The position numbers were made by a program, and so were the translations under genes. Source: Escherichia coli (GTDB lineage: Bacteria; Pseudomonadota; Gammaproteobacteria; Enterobacterales; Enterobacteriaceae). From it: a stretch of 64,000 nt of DNA. The notes under the pieces were generated by a model. The model had not been told where the DNA came from, searched no databases, and saw only the letters and a program-made list of their open reading frames with translations. Below are positions 19,233-31,340 of the stretch, one piece after another (within the stretch, counting starts at the first letter, position 1; each line of letters begins with the position of its first letter). The stretch lies in the NCBI RefSeq assembly GCF_003334785.1, contig NZ_QOWV01000002.1; one strand, given 5' to 3'.

Positions 19233-20233
19233 ACCGCCTCCCGTTGTTGACGATATTTCGCCAGCGCTGTGGCATAGCGGTTGAAATCAAGCTGATTTAC
19301 CGCATCCAGTTCCGCCTTTAACGCAGGATCGATAGCGTTAACGCCATGCAACGCGCCGCAAATTGCCGTCGCCATAGCACCGATGGTGTCTGTGTCGCCG
19401 CCAAGGTTAGCGCACAGGACGGCGCAGCGATTCGGGTCGGTTTGTGCCAGTTCAACCAGCGCAATGGCGCACGGAACGGACTCAATAGTGCTGGTACCTG
19501 CGCCAACGACCTGGTAAAGCTGTTCGCTGGCGGATTCGGTGCCGTCGGCATTGCGCACAATTTTCAGCGCAATCTCCAGCCGCGCCGCCAGTGAGGCGCT
19601 GAACGTAGTGATGCGTTTTTGCTGTGCATGTCGCGCAATTGAAGGCAGGGAATCAACAATCGCTGACCAGCTTTCTCCGTCAATGGCACGAGAAATCGCC
19701 CATGCGATGACTACCGCGCCTGCAACCGCCAGATCGGATTTATGGGTCGGGCTGGACGCCAGCGCTACATCATCAATAAAGGAATCAACATCACGCGCCG
19801 GAAGCAAACAACCTAATGGCGAGACGCGCATCGCTGCGCCGTTGGTCACGCCGTTGTTTTCCAGTTCAGCAACGGGTTTACCGTCGCGAATGGCGTTAAG
19901 CGCAATCTTCGAGGTCGGACCTAGTACGTTTTTGTTAAAGGCGTCGAAACGCAGCGCCCAGTCGAGAATATTACGCCCAATCAGATCCGGATCGATCTTG
20001 CCTTCACGTTCCAGTAACGCATCCGCCAGACACAGCGCCATCGAGGTATCGTCGGTGAATTCGGCGCGGTTAAAATAACAGGCCGCGTTATTCTCCTTTG
20101 GTCCAGGAAGAAAACGGTCAATCCAGCCAAAGTGTGCTTTAACGCGGCTGCGTGGCCAAAGCTCGGAGGGCATCCCCATCGCATCCCCTAACGCCTGCCC
20201 ATAAAGAGCACCGAGAATACGTTCTGTTTTCAT
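19229..20233 (-). CDS. yegU: ADP-ribosylglycohydrolase family protein
   Basis: 334 aa, MKTERILGALYGQALGDAMGMP... typical of the ADP-ribosyl-glycohydrolase fold. Confidence 0.8.
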   Translation of the reverse strand: MKTERILGALYGQALGDAMGMPSELWPRSRVKAHFGWIDRFLPGPKENNAACYFNRAEFTDDTSMALCLADALLEREGKIDPDLIGRNILDWALRFDAFNKNVLGPTSKIALNAIRDGKPVAELENNGVTNGAAMRVSPLGCLLPARDVDSFIDDVALASSPTHKSDLAVAGAVVIAWAISRAIDGESWSAIVDSLPSIARHAQQKRITTFSASLAARLEIALKIVRNADGTESASEQLYQVVGAGTSTIESVPCAIALVELAQTDPNRCAVLCANLGGDTDTIGAMATAICGALHGVNAIDPALKAELDAVNQLDFNRYATALAKYRQQREAV

Positions 20234-21507
20234 TTAACTTCCCCTTGTGTCAACGCAATATCGCGATCATCGACCTTGATAGCCGTAATTTCGTTGTCGG
20301 ATTCGCGGAAAAAAATCATGAACAGCACGGCGATAATGGCAATCATCACCGCGCCGAAAGTCCACATCCCGGACCAGTTGAAAGTCAGTCCGTTTACCGG
20401 TTCCTGATAAGCGAACATCTTTTCCATCATCACACCGCCAAGACGATAGCCGAGCAAACTGCCGAAGCCCTGGCAGCAGAGCGTGATCAGCCCCTGCGCA
20501 GCGGTACGCATATGCACGGGGGCTTTTTTATCGACATAGATGTAAGCGGTAACGTAGTAAAAATCGTAACTTACGCCGTGAAGCAAAATACCGAGGAACA
20601 GTAACGCGTAGGTGAAATATTCATCCGCACTACCGTAAATAAAGAAGCCATAGCGGATCGCAGCGGTGACCAGACCAAGCAATAATACCTTTTTGATACC
20701 AAAGCGTTTAGTGAAAAACGGCAATGCCAGCATAAAGAAGATTTCAGAGAACTGGCCGAGCGTCATCCAGCCGGTGGCGTTTTTCATGCCAACTTCGGTC
20801 AGATAACCGTTGGCAAAGATGTAATAGAACGCTAGTGGCATCGCAAACAGGAATGAACAGAAGAAAAAGACGAGGAAGTTTTTATCGCGCAGCAGGATCA
20901 GCGCATCCAGGCCGAGCATGACTTTAATATCCATTTTGCCGGTGCTTTTTGGTGGCGTGTCGGGCAGGAAAAACGCAAACACACCGAGCAGAGCAGAACT
21001 TCCGGCGGTAATCAGCAGCGGGATGTTAGTCGGTGAGATATCGGCATACCCCAGTATTTGCGGCAAGAAACCACATGCCAGACCGGAGGCAATCCAGCCG
21101 ATAGTGCCCATCACACGAATGCGCGGGAAATCACGCTCAACATCCGGCACGTTGGCAAAAGCGATGCTGTTAGTCAGCGCAATGGTCGGCATATAGGTTA
21201 GCGAGTAGGCCAGCAGTAACGGGAAGAACCCGGCAAAAGTGGTCTGTTGCGCAGCGAAATACATCAGCAGCGCGCCTGCGAACATCAATACCGCCAGCAC
21301 TTTCTGCGCCGAGAAAAAGCGGTCAGTGATGGAGCCAACCAGAATTGGCGACAGGATCGCCGCAATGGCGGTACAGGCATACGACCAGCCAATTTCTCCG
21401 GCACTAAAACCGCTTTTACTTAACCACAACCACAATGGCACAAACCACGCGCCCCAGATAAACCATTCAACAAACATCATGAACGACAGCTTTGCTGTTG
21501 TTTTCAT
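20230..21507 (-). CDS. yegT: MFS nucleoside transporter family protein
   Basis: 425 aa polytopic membrane protein; first gene of the yegT-U-V operon. Confidence 0.8.
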   Translation of the reverse strand: MKTTAKLSFMMFVEWFIWGAWFVPLWLWLSKSGFSAGEIGWSYACTAIAAILSPILVGSITDRFFSAQKVLAVLMFAGALLMYFAAQQTTFAGFFPLLLAYSLTYMPTIALTNSIAFANVPDVERDFPRIRVMGTIGWIASGLACGFLPQILGYADISPTNIPLLITAGSSALLGVFAFFLPDTPPKSTGKMDIKVMLGLDALILLRDKNFLVFFFCSFLFAMPLAFYYIFANGYLTEVGMKNATGWMTLGQFSEIFFMLALPFFTKRFGIKKVLLLGLVTAAIRYGFFIYGSADEYFTYALLFLGILLHGVSYDFYYVTAYIYVDKKAPVHMRTAAQGLITLCCQGFGSLLGYRLGGVMMEKMFAYQEPVNGLTFNWSGMWTFGAVMIAIIAVLFMIFFRESDNEITAIKVDDRDIALTQGEVK

Positions 21508-21763
21508 CTTTTAATTCCTTCATGACAGGTAATGTAAGGTACGCGATGACAATACCACTTAATAATACCTTTTAAATACCTTTGCGGTGAAAACTTGACC
21601 GCGCTAACATTTTTTCTGATGAATCGAGCCAACAGAAAACGCTGAAAAAACATCCAAAAGATGGAAAAACTCGCCCGTAACGACCAGGATTATGATTGCC
21701 CGCTAAAGGCGGGCCAGGAAAATCCATAGCCGATATCCAATCGGAATTTACGGGAGCATAGTA

Positions 21764-22816
21764 ATGACAGATATTGCGCAGTTGCTTGGCAAAGACGCCG
21801 ACAACCTTTTACAGCACCGTTGTATGACTATTCCTTCTGACCAGCTTTATCTCCCCGGACATGACTACGTAGACCGCGTGATGATTGACAATAATCGCCC
21901 GCCTGCGGTGTTACGTAATATGCAGACGTTGTACAACACCGGGCGTCTGGCTGGCACAGGATATCTTTCTATTCTGCCGGTTGACCAGGGCGTTGAGCAC
22001 TCTGCCGGAGCTTCATTTGCTGCTAACCCGCTCTACTTTGACCCGAAAAACATTGTTGAACTGGCGATCGAAGCGGGCTGTAACTGTGTGGCGTCAACTT
22101 ACGGCGTGCTGGCGTCGGTATCGCGGCGTTATGCGCATCGCATTCCATTCCTCGTCAAACTTAATCACAACGAGACGCTAAGTTACCCGAATACCTACGA
22201 TCAAACGCTGTATGCCAGCGTGGAGCAGGCGTTCAACATGGGCGCGGTTGCGGTTGGTGCGACTATCTATTTTGGCTCGGAAGAGTCACGTCGCCAGATT
22301 GAAGAAATTTCTGCGGCTTTTGAACGTGCGCACGAGCTGGGCATGGTGACAGTGCTGTGGGCCTATTTGCGTAACTCCGCCTTTAAGAAAGATGGCGTTG
22401 ATTACCATGTTTCCGCCGACCTGACTGGTCAGGCGAACCATCTGGCGGCGACCATTGGCGCGGACATCGTCAAACAGAAAATGGCGGAAAATAACGGCGG
22501 TTATAAAGCGATTAATTACGGTTATACCGACGATCGCGTGTACAGCAAGTTAACCAGCGAAAACCCGATTGATCTGGTGCGTTATCAGTTAGCTAACTGC
22601 TATATGGGCCGGGCTGGGTTGATAAACTCCGGCGGTGCTGCGGGCGGTGAAACTGACCTCAGTGATGCAGTGCGTACTGCGGTTATCAACAAACGCGCTG
22701 GCGGAATGGGGCTGATTCTTGGACGTAAAGCGTTCAAGAAATCGATGGCTGACGGCGTGAAACTGATTAACGCCGTGCAGGACGTTTATCTCGATAGCAA
22801 AATTACTATCGCCTGA
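21764..22816 (+). CDS. fbaB: fructose-bisphosphate aldolase class I
   Basis: 350 aa, [52 protein letters not shown]... Confidence 0.9.
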
Positions 22817-22817
22817 T

Positions 22818-22975
22818 ACGCCTTATACGAACAACACCACCCCGTAGGACGGATAAGGCGTTTACGCTGCATCCGGCAACCTATGCCTGATGCGACGCTG
22901 AAGCGTCTTATCATGCCTACATAGCACTGCCACGTATGTTTACACCGCATCCGGCATAAAAACACGCGCACTTTG
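22818..22975. repeat. cluster of REP (repetitive extragenic palindromic) elements
   Basis: GGATAAGGCGTTTACGCTGCATCCGGCA, GCCTGATGCGACGCTGAAGCGTCTTATCATGCCTACA and TGTTTACACCGCATCCGGCA units. Confidence 0.65.
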
Positions 22976-22978
22976 CTA

Positions 22979-23007
22979 CGGCTTCCCTATCGGGAGGCCG
23001 TTTTTTT
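22979..23007 (+). terminator. intrinsic terminator downstream of fbaB
   Basis: CGGCTTCCC/GGGAGGCCG stem followed by TTTTTTT. Confidence 0.6.
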
Positions 23008-23069
23008 GCCTTTCACTCCTCGAACAATTTTCATATTGTCGTTTTTGTGATCGTTATCTCGATATTTAA

Positions 23070-25269
<2,200 letters not shown>

Positions 25270-25278
25270 GGACGGTAT

Positions 25279-25731
25279 ATGACTAACCTGTTTGTTCGTA
25301 GCGGAATTTCTTTTGTCGATCGTAGCGAAGTTTTAACCCATATCGGTAATGAGATGCTCGCCAAAGGTGTGGTTCATGATACCTGGCCACAGGCATTAAT
25401 TGCCAGAGAAGCAGAATTCCCTACCGGGATAATGCTTGAGCAGCACGCTATTGCAATACCGCATTGTGAGGCGATTCATGCTAAGTCGTCAGCCATTTAT
25501 CTGTTAAGGCCAACAAATAAAGTTCATTTTCAGCAAGCGGATGATGATAACGACGTGGCGGTATCGTTGGTTATTGCGTTGATTGTGGAAAATCCGCAGC
25601 AGCAATTGAAACTTTTACGCTGTTTATTTGGCAAGTTACAACAGCCCGATATCGTCGAGACACTAATCACTCTTCCTGAAACCCAGTTAAAGGAATACTT
25701 CACAAAGTATGTTTTAGATTCAGACGAATAA
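25279..25731 (+). CDS. gatA: galactitol PTS EIIA component
   Basis: 150 aa, position and size in the gat operon. Confidence 0.85.
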   Translation: MTNLFVRSGISFVDRSEVLTHIGNEMLAKGVVHDTWPQALIAREAEFPTGIMLEQHAIAIPHCEAIHAKSSAIYLLRPTNKVHFQQADDDNDVAVSLVIALIVENPQQQLKLLRCLFGKLQQPDIVETLITLPETQLKEYFTKYVLDSDE

Positions 25732-25761
25732 ATCCCTCTGTAACAATAAAAAGGACTATTT

Positions 25762-26046
25762 ATGAAACGCAAGATTATTGTCGCTTGCGGAGGCGCGGTT
25801 GCGACCTCTACGATGGCGGCGGAAGAAATTAAAGAGTTGTGTCAGAATCATAATATTCCTGTTGAATTAATCCAGTGTCGGGTTAATGAAATAGAAACCT
25901 ATATGGATGGTGTGCATTTGATATGCACCACTGCCAAAGTGGATCGTAGTTTTGGCGATATTCCGTTAGTTCACGGCATGCCTTTTATTTCTGGTATCGG
26001 TATCGAAGCATTACAAAATAAAATTCTGACTATCTTACAGGGGTGA
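25762..26046 (+). CDS. gatB: galactitol PTS EIIB component
   Basis: 94 aa, [27 protein letters not shown] with active-site Cys near the N-terminus. Confidence 0.85.
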   Translation: MKRKIIVACGGAVATSTMAAEEIKELCQNHNIPVELIQCRVNEIETYMDGVHLICTTAKVDRSFGDIPLVHGMPFISGIGIEALQNKILTILQG

Positions 26047-26049
26047 CCT

Positions 26050-27405
26050 ATGTTTTCAGAAGTCATGCGTTATATTCTCGACCTCGGCCCTACGGTGATG
26101 CTGCCGATTGTCATCATTATTTTTTCTAAAATATTAGGCATGAAGGCAGGCGATTGCTTTAAAGCGGGTCTGCATATCGGGATTGGCTTTGTTGGCATTG
26201 GCCTTGTGATTGGCTTAATGCTGGATTCCATTGGCCCGGCGGCGAAAGCGATGGCGGAAAATTTCGACCTGAATCTGCATGTGGTCGATGTTGGCTGGCC
26301 GGGCTCTTCACCAATGACCTGGGCGTCGCAAATTGCGCTGGTGGCGATTCCGATTGCGATTCTGGTTAACGTGGCGATGTTACTGACCCGTATGACGCGG
26401 GTGGTAAATGTTGATATCTGGAATATCTGGCATATGACCTTCACCGGCGCGTTGCTGCATCTGGCAACCGGTTCATGGATGATAGGGATGGCAGGTGTGG
26501 TAATTCACGCGGCGTTTGTTTATAAGCTCGGCGACTGGTTTGCCCGCGATACCCGAAATTTCTTTGAGCTGGAAGGTATTGCTATTCCGCACGGTACGTC
26601 GGCGTATATGGGGCCGATTGCGGTGCTGGTCGATGCTATCATCGAGAAAATCCCAGGCGTTAACCGAATTAAATTTAGCGCCGACGATATTCAGCGCAAA
26701 TTTGGTCCATTTGGCGAGCCTGTCACCGTGGGTTTTGTGATGGGGCTGATTATCGGCATCCTCGCGGGTTACGATGTCAAAGGTGTATTGCAGCTGGCGG
26801 TAAAAACGGCGGCAGTGATGCTGCTAATGCCACGGGTGATTAAACCCATCATGGATGGTTTAACGCCCATCGCTAAGCAGGCTCGTAGTCGTTTACAGGC
26901 GAAGTTCGGCGGTCAGGAGTTCCTGATTGGCCTTGATCCGGCGTTGCTGCTGGGACATACGGCGGTGGTATCGGCAAGCCTGATTTTTATCCCACTCACC
27001 ATTTTAATTGCTGTTTGTGTGCCGGGTAATCAGGTGCTGCCGTTTGGCGATCTTGCCACCATCGGCTTCTTCGTGGCGATGGCGGTCGCCGTGCATCGTG
27101 GAAATCTGTTCCGCACCTTAATCTCGGGTGTCATCATTATGAGCATCACCCTGTGGATCGCGACGCAAACTATTGGTTTGCACACCCAACTGGCGGCTAA
27201 TGCTGGGGCGTTAAAAGCCGGGGGTATGGTGGCTTCAATGGATCAGGGCGGTTCTCCCATTACCTGGTTACTGATTCAGGTTTTCTCCCCGCAAAATATT
27301 CCCGGTTTCATTATTATCGGTGCAATTTATCTGACCGGTATTTTCATGACCTGGCGTAGAGCGCGTGGCTTTATTAAACAAGAGAAAGTCGTTCTCGCAG
27401 AATAA
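26050..27405 (+). CDS. gatC: galactitol PTS EIIC permease
   Basis: 451-aa polytopic membrane protein. Confidence 0.9.
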   Translation: MFSEVMRYILDLGPTVMLPIVIIIFSKILGMKAGDCFKAGLHIGIGFVGIGLVIGLMLDSIGPAAKAMAENFDLNLHVVDVGWPGSSPMTWASQIALVAIPIAILVNVAMLLTRMTRVVNVDIWNIWHMTFTGALLHLATGSWMIGMAGVVIHAAFVYKLGDWFARDTRNFFELEGIAIPHGTSAYMGPIAVLVDAIIEKIPGVNRIKFSADDIQRKFGPFGEPVTVGFVMGLIIGILAGYDVKGVLQLAVKTAAVMLLMPRVIKPIMDGLTPIAKQARSRLQAKFGGQEFLIGLDPALLLGHTAVVSASLIFIPLTILIAVCVPGNQVLPFGDLATIGFFVAMAVAVHRGNLFRTLISGVIIMSITLWIATQTIGLHTQLAANAGALKAGGMVASMDQGGSPITWLLIQVFSPQNIPGFIIIGAIYLTGIFMTWRRARGFIKQEKVVLAE

Positions 27406-27452
27406 TTTTTACCTGAGGGGGAGGTTATCCCCCTTAACAATCAGGAGTTTTT

Positions 27453-28493
27453 ATGAAATCAGTGGTGAATGATACTGATGGTATCGTGCGCGTTGCAGAA
27501 AGCGTCATTCCTGAAATTAAACATCAGGATGAGGTGCGGGTAAAAATTGCCAGCTCGGGCTTATGTGGTTCCGATTTACCCAGGATATTTAAAAATGGTG
27601 CACATTATTATCCAATAACGTTAGGCCATGAATTTAGCGGCTATATTGATGCGGTGGGATCCGGTGTTGATGATTTACACCCTGGCGATGCGGTTGCCTG
27701 TGTGCCGTTATTACCCTGTTTTACTTGTCCAGAGTGTCTGAAAGGGTTTTATTCCCAGTGCGCAAAATATGATTTTATTGGCTCGCGGCGTGATGGTGGA
27801 TTTGCTGAATATATTGTCGTTAAGCGAAAAAATGTCTTTGCTCTACCCACGGATATGCCTATTGAGGATGGGGCTTTTATTGAGCCGATTACCGTTGGTC
27901 TGCATGCTTTTCATTTAGCGCAAGGTTGTGAGAATAAAAACGTTATTATTATTGGTGCCGGAACCATTGGCCTGCTGGCTATTCAGTGCGCTGTCGCGCT
28001 GGGAGCAAAGAGTGTGACGGCTATCGACATTAGCTCAGAAAAACTGGCACTGGCAAAATCTTTCGGTGCGATGCAAACATTTAACAGTAGCGAAATGAGC
28101 GCGCCGCAAATGCAGAGCGTTTTACGCGAACTGCGTTTTAATCAGCTTATCCTCGAGACGGCTGGCGTACCGCAAACTGTCGAACTGGCGGTAGAGATTG
28201 CCGGTTCTCATGCCCAACTGGCGCTGGTGGGCACGTTGCATCAGGATCTGCATTTAACATCGGCAACGTTTGGCAAAATATTGCGTAAAGAGCTGACGGT
28301 TATCGGCAGTTGGATGAACTATTCCAGCCCTTGGCCGGGGCAGGAGTGGGAAACGGCGAGCCGGTTGCTGACAGAACGTAAGTTAAGCCTGGAGCCATTA
28401 ATCGCTCACCGTGGAAGCTTTGAAAGCTTCACCCAGGCGGTGCGTGACATCGCTCGTAATGCCATGCCGGGCAAAGTGTTGCTCATTCCATGA
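27453..28493 (+). CDS. gatD: galactitol-1-phosphate 5-dehydrogenase (Zn-dependent MDR family)
   Basis: 346 aa, GHEFSG zinc-ADH motif and GAGTIG Rossmann motif. Confidence 0.9.
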   Translation: MKSVVNDTDGIVRVAESVIPEIKHQDEVRVKIASSGLCGSDLPRIFKNGAHYYPITLGHEFSGYIDAVGSGVDDLHPGDAVACVPLLPCFTCPECLKGFYSQCAKYDFIGSRRDGGFAEYIVVKRKNVFALPTDMPIEDGAFIEPITVGLHAFHLAQGCENKNVIIIGAGTIGLLAIQCAVALGAKSVTAIDISSEKLALAKSFGAMQTFNSSEMSAPQMQSVLRELRFNQLILETAGVPQTVELAVEIAGSHAQLALVGTLHQDLHLTSATFGKILRKELTVIGSWMNYSSPWPGQEWETASRLLTERKLSLEPLIAHRGSFESFTQAVRDIARNAMPGKVLLIP

Positions 28494-28592
28494 AACCGCG
28501 GGCCAGCGTGATGCTGGACCGGTATTGTGCAAAACAGATCATTCACCAATGGTCCCCCTTCGTTTACACTAGCCACAATTGAATATGGGTAA

Positions 28593-29372
28593 ATGACGAT
28601 GAATTCATTCGAGCGAAGGAATAAGATCATCCAATTAGTGAATGAACAGGGAACCGTGCTTGTTCAGGATCTGGCGGGAGTATTTGCTGCCTCGGAAGCG
28701 ACAATCCGTGCCGATTTGCGCTTTCTCGAACAAAAAGGCGTGGTTACGCGCTTTCATGGCGGTGCGGCGAAAATAATGTCCGGTAATAGTGAAACCGAGA
28801 CCCAGGAAGTCGGGTTTAAAGAGCGATTTCAGCTCGCCAGCGCGCCAAAAAACAGAATAGCGCAGGCGGCAGTCAAAATGATCCATGAAGGGATGACCGT
28901 TATTCTCGACAGCGGAAGTACCACAATGCTTATCGCCGAAGGATTAATGACCGCTAAAAATATCACGGTGATTACCAACAGTCTCCCGGCAGCGTTTGCC
29001 CTTTCCGAAAATAAAGACATTACTCTGGTCGTCTGTGGTGGCACGGTCCGCCATAAAACGCGCTCGATGCATGGTTCCATTGCCGAGCGTTCATTGCAGG
29101 ATATTAATGCCGATTTAATGTTTGTCGGTGCTGATGGTATTGATGCGGTTAATGGTATTACGACCTTTAATGAAGGTTATTCGATTAGCGGTGCAATGGT
29201 CACCGCCGCTAATAAAGTGATTGCCGTTCTCGATTCATCGAAATTTAACCGTCGCGGTTTTAATCAGGTACTGCCAATCGAAAAAATTGACATTATTATT
29301 ACAGATGATGCTGTGTCAGAGGTGGATAAACTGGCATTGCAGAAGACACGGGTGAAATTAATTACGGTGTAG
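28593..29372 (+). CDS. gatR: DeoR-family repressor of the gat operon, uninterrupted
   Basis: 259 aa, N-terminal HTH (RRNKIIQLVNEQGTVLVQDLAGVFAASEATIRADLRFLEQKG) plus DeoR C-terminal domain. Confidence 0.85.
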   Translation: MTMNSFERRNKIIQLVNEQGTVLVQDLAGVFAASEATIRADLRFLEQKGVVTRFHGGAAKIMSGNSETETQEVGFKERFQLASAPKNRIAQAAVKMIHEGMTVILDSGSTTMLIAEGLMTAKNITVITNSLPAAFALSENKDITLVVCGGTVRHKTRSMHGSIAERSLQDINADLMFVGADGIDAVNGITTFNEGYSISGAMVTAANKVIAVLDSSKFNRRGFNQVLPIEKIDIIITDDAVSEVDKLALQKTRVKLITV

Positions 29373-29384
29373 TATTGTTCTGTA

Positions 29385-29416
29385 TGCCGGATAAGGTGTT
29401 TACACCGCATCCGGCA
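29385..29416. repeat. REP element
   Basis: TGCCGGATAAGGTGTTTACACCGCATCCGGCA. Confidence 0.65.
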
Positions 29417-29453
29417 TTACGGATTCTCCCTGGTTCAAGAGAGAATAGTTTGA

Positions 29454-30353
29454 TTAACGCAATAATGGACAATCCGGTGGTAATCGACAACGCAACGCCG
29501 CCGGAAGTATTTCAATATGGAAGTTTTGCCCACTCAACGGTTCGCCATCAAGATTAAAAGTGATTTCGTGTGGGGCTTGTATATCAAACCACGACGAAGC
29601 GCCTTCGATAATATTCGGGTTATCTTCGTCAGATTTTAAGGTTGATACGAGAGCCGGAAGAATTTCATCGCCGGTAAAAATGCGCAGTTGCAGCAAGCCA
29701 TCGTTAATTAACGCGTTCGGACACAATTGCTGACCGCCACCGGCCTGACGCCCGTTACCAATACCAATGACCAGGGCGTCACCTTGCCAGTGAAAGTTTT
29801 CACCGCGGATTTCACAACGGTCCGGTTGCAGAGTATCCATGCGCATTAAGCCATGAATGATGTAAGAGACGCCACCCAGCGCGGCTTTTAATTTTTCCGG
29901 CGTTTCTGTGGTAATACGCGTCCCAAATCCGCCTGTCACCATATTAATAAAACAGGTTTGTTTGTTGACCTGCGCCATATCTATCGCAATGGCGTTACCG
30001 GCAATTGCCAGTTTCAGCGCCTTATCCAGTGCCTCAGGAATCCCTACACTGGTGGCAAAATCATTGGCGGTTCCTAATGGCAAAATTCCCAGCGCGGGTA
30101 TGTCATCCCCCTCACACTGAATCAACGCCGTAGAAACTTCATTAATGGTGCCATCGCCACCACCGGCAATCACCGTTGCGACGCCCAACTTCCGGGCCTC
30201 CTCTACATATCGTGCGGCATCGCCTTTCTCCCAGGTGACCCGCACATGGATCGTCATTCCTTCCTCACGCAACAGCATAATTGCTTCGCGCAAGGGTAAA
30301 TTGTCAGTACTTTTGCCATTAAGAATCAGTAAGCTGGCGGGAAATTCTGCCAT
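29454..30353 (-). CDS. yegS: lipid kinase YegS (DAGK-catalytic family)
   Basis: [32 protein letters not shown]..., GGDGT motif; start trimmed to the internal ATG at 30351-30353. Confidence 0.85.
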   Translation of the reverse strand: MAEFPASLLILNGKSTDNLPLREAIMLLREEGMTIHVRVTWEKGDAARYVEEARKLGVATVIAGGGDGTINEVSTALIQCEGDDIPALGILPLGTANDFATSVGIPEALDKALKLAIAGNAIAIDMAQVNKQTCFINMVTGGFGTRITTETPEKLKAALGGVSYIIHGLMRMDTLQPDRCEIRGENFHWQGDALVIGIGNGRQAGGGQQLCPNALINDGLLQLRIFTGDEILPALVSTLKSDEDNPNIIEGASSWFDIQAPHEITFNLDGEPLSGQNFHIEILPAALRCRLPPDCPLLR

Positions 30354-30757
30354 GATCGTATGTGCCTTTATGATTGGTCTGTAGATAGTGTAGAGCAGAA
30401 AACAAAAGGTGGAGTCAGAACAGGATGAAAGTCGGAGGATAAAAGTCAGTTCAAGTATGGAGGATTCAGTGGTTACCACCAGGAGCTTGCAATGGGGACA
30501 GCGAATACTAACGGCAGCCACCGATAAATTTCAAAAAAGAGAATATACCTAATATTCAACTAAACGGTGGCATCTTCAATATAATATATTAAAGCCCTCA
30601 TGGAGTTACCCGGAAGGGCCTCCATGTTCGTAATTCCTACTTATGTAGGAAATGTTTTACAGAACATTTATTATAATCCTATTCAATTATAATAATCATG
30701 CCATTATTATATTTAAACACTAGAGAGTGTCGTTGGTATTTAATGGGGGAAGGTGAG

Positions 30758-31075
30758 ATGAAAAAGATAGCTGCTATATCATTAATTAGTATTTTTATTA
30801 TGTCTGGTTGTGCTGTGCATAATGATGAGACAAGTATCGGTAAATTTGGTCTTGCATATAAAAGTAATATTCAGCGTAAACTCGATAACCAATACTACAC
30901 CGAAGCCGAAGCTTCTTTAGCCAGGGGCAGAATATCTGGTGCAGAAAATATAGTAAAAAATGATGCAACTCATTTCTGTGTTACTCAGGGCAAAAAAATG
31001 CAAATAGTTGAGCTGAAGACAGAAGGTGTAGGATTACATGGTGTCGCTCGTCTGACATTCAAATGTGGAGAGTGA
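30758..31075 (+). CDS. yegR: small lipoprotein (105 aa)
   Basis: MKKIAAISLISIFIMSGC lipobox; AAGGTGAG Shine-Dalgarno before ATG 30758. Confidence 0.6.
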   Translation: MKKIAAISLISIFIMSGCAVHNDETSIGKFGLAYKSNIQRKLDNQYYTEAEASLARGRISGAENIVKNDATHFCVTQGKKMQIVELKTEGVGLHGVARLTFKCGE

Positions 31076-31234
31076 GAATATTTTTTGGTAAGCGTCAAAT
31101 ATGCGCGTTCTGGCTGTGCGTAGCCGGAACCTGTGGGAGCACGATGCCGATAAGTGAAAGGCATCGTGCTATGAAGGAGGATTCTATCGATGTGGTCAAT
31201 GGAAGACGGTTACCAGAGATAGGGCTTATGCATA

Positions 31235-31261
31235 AAAAAATAAGCCCGTGTAAGGGAGATT
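31235..31261. repeat. attL core (27 bp)
   Basis: AAAAAATAAGCCCGTGTAAGGGAGATT, identical to 61589-61615. Confidence 0.85.
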
Positions 31262-31340
31262 TAGGGTGTCACCAGTAGGGGCTTTCAACGGTACAATGCG
31301 GGTTTGAGCGGCATAAATTACCACTGAAAGCCCTTAAACG

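Noticed and set aside
30522-30757. Palindromic element CCCTCATGGAG...CTCCATG in the yegS-yegR intergenic region
   Set aside because: Short imperfect palindrome without a recognisable operator consensus or flanking T-tract; could be a weak regulatory site but the evidence is insufficient to call a feature
31063-31278. 71-aa ORF spanning the yegR 3' end and the attL core
   Set aside because: No ribosome-binding site, crosses the att core and overlaps yegR; likely non-coding flank, although the region may be a remnant of an older phage arm (see findings)
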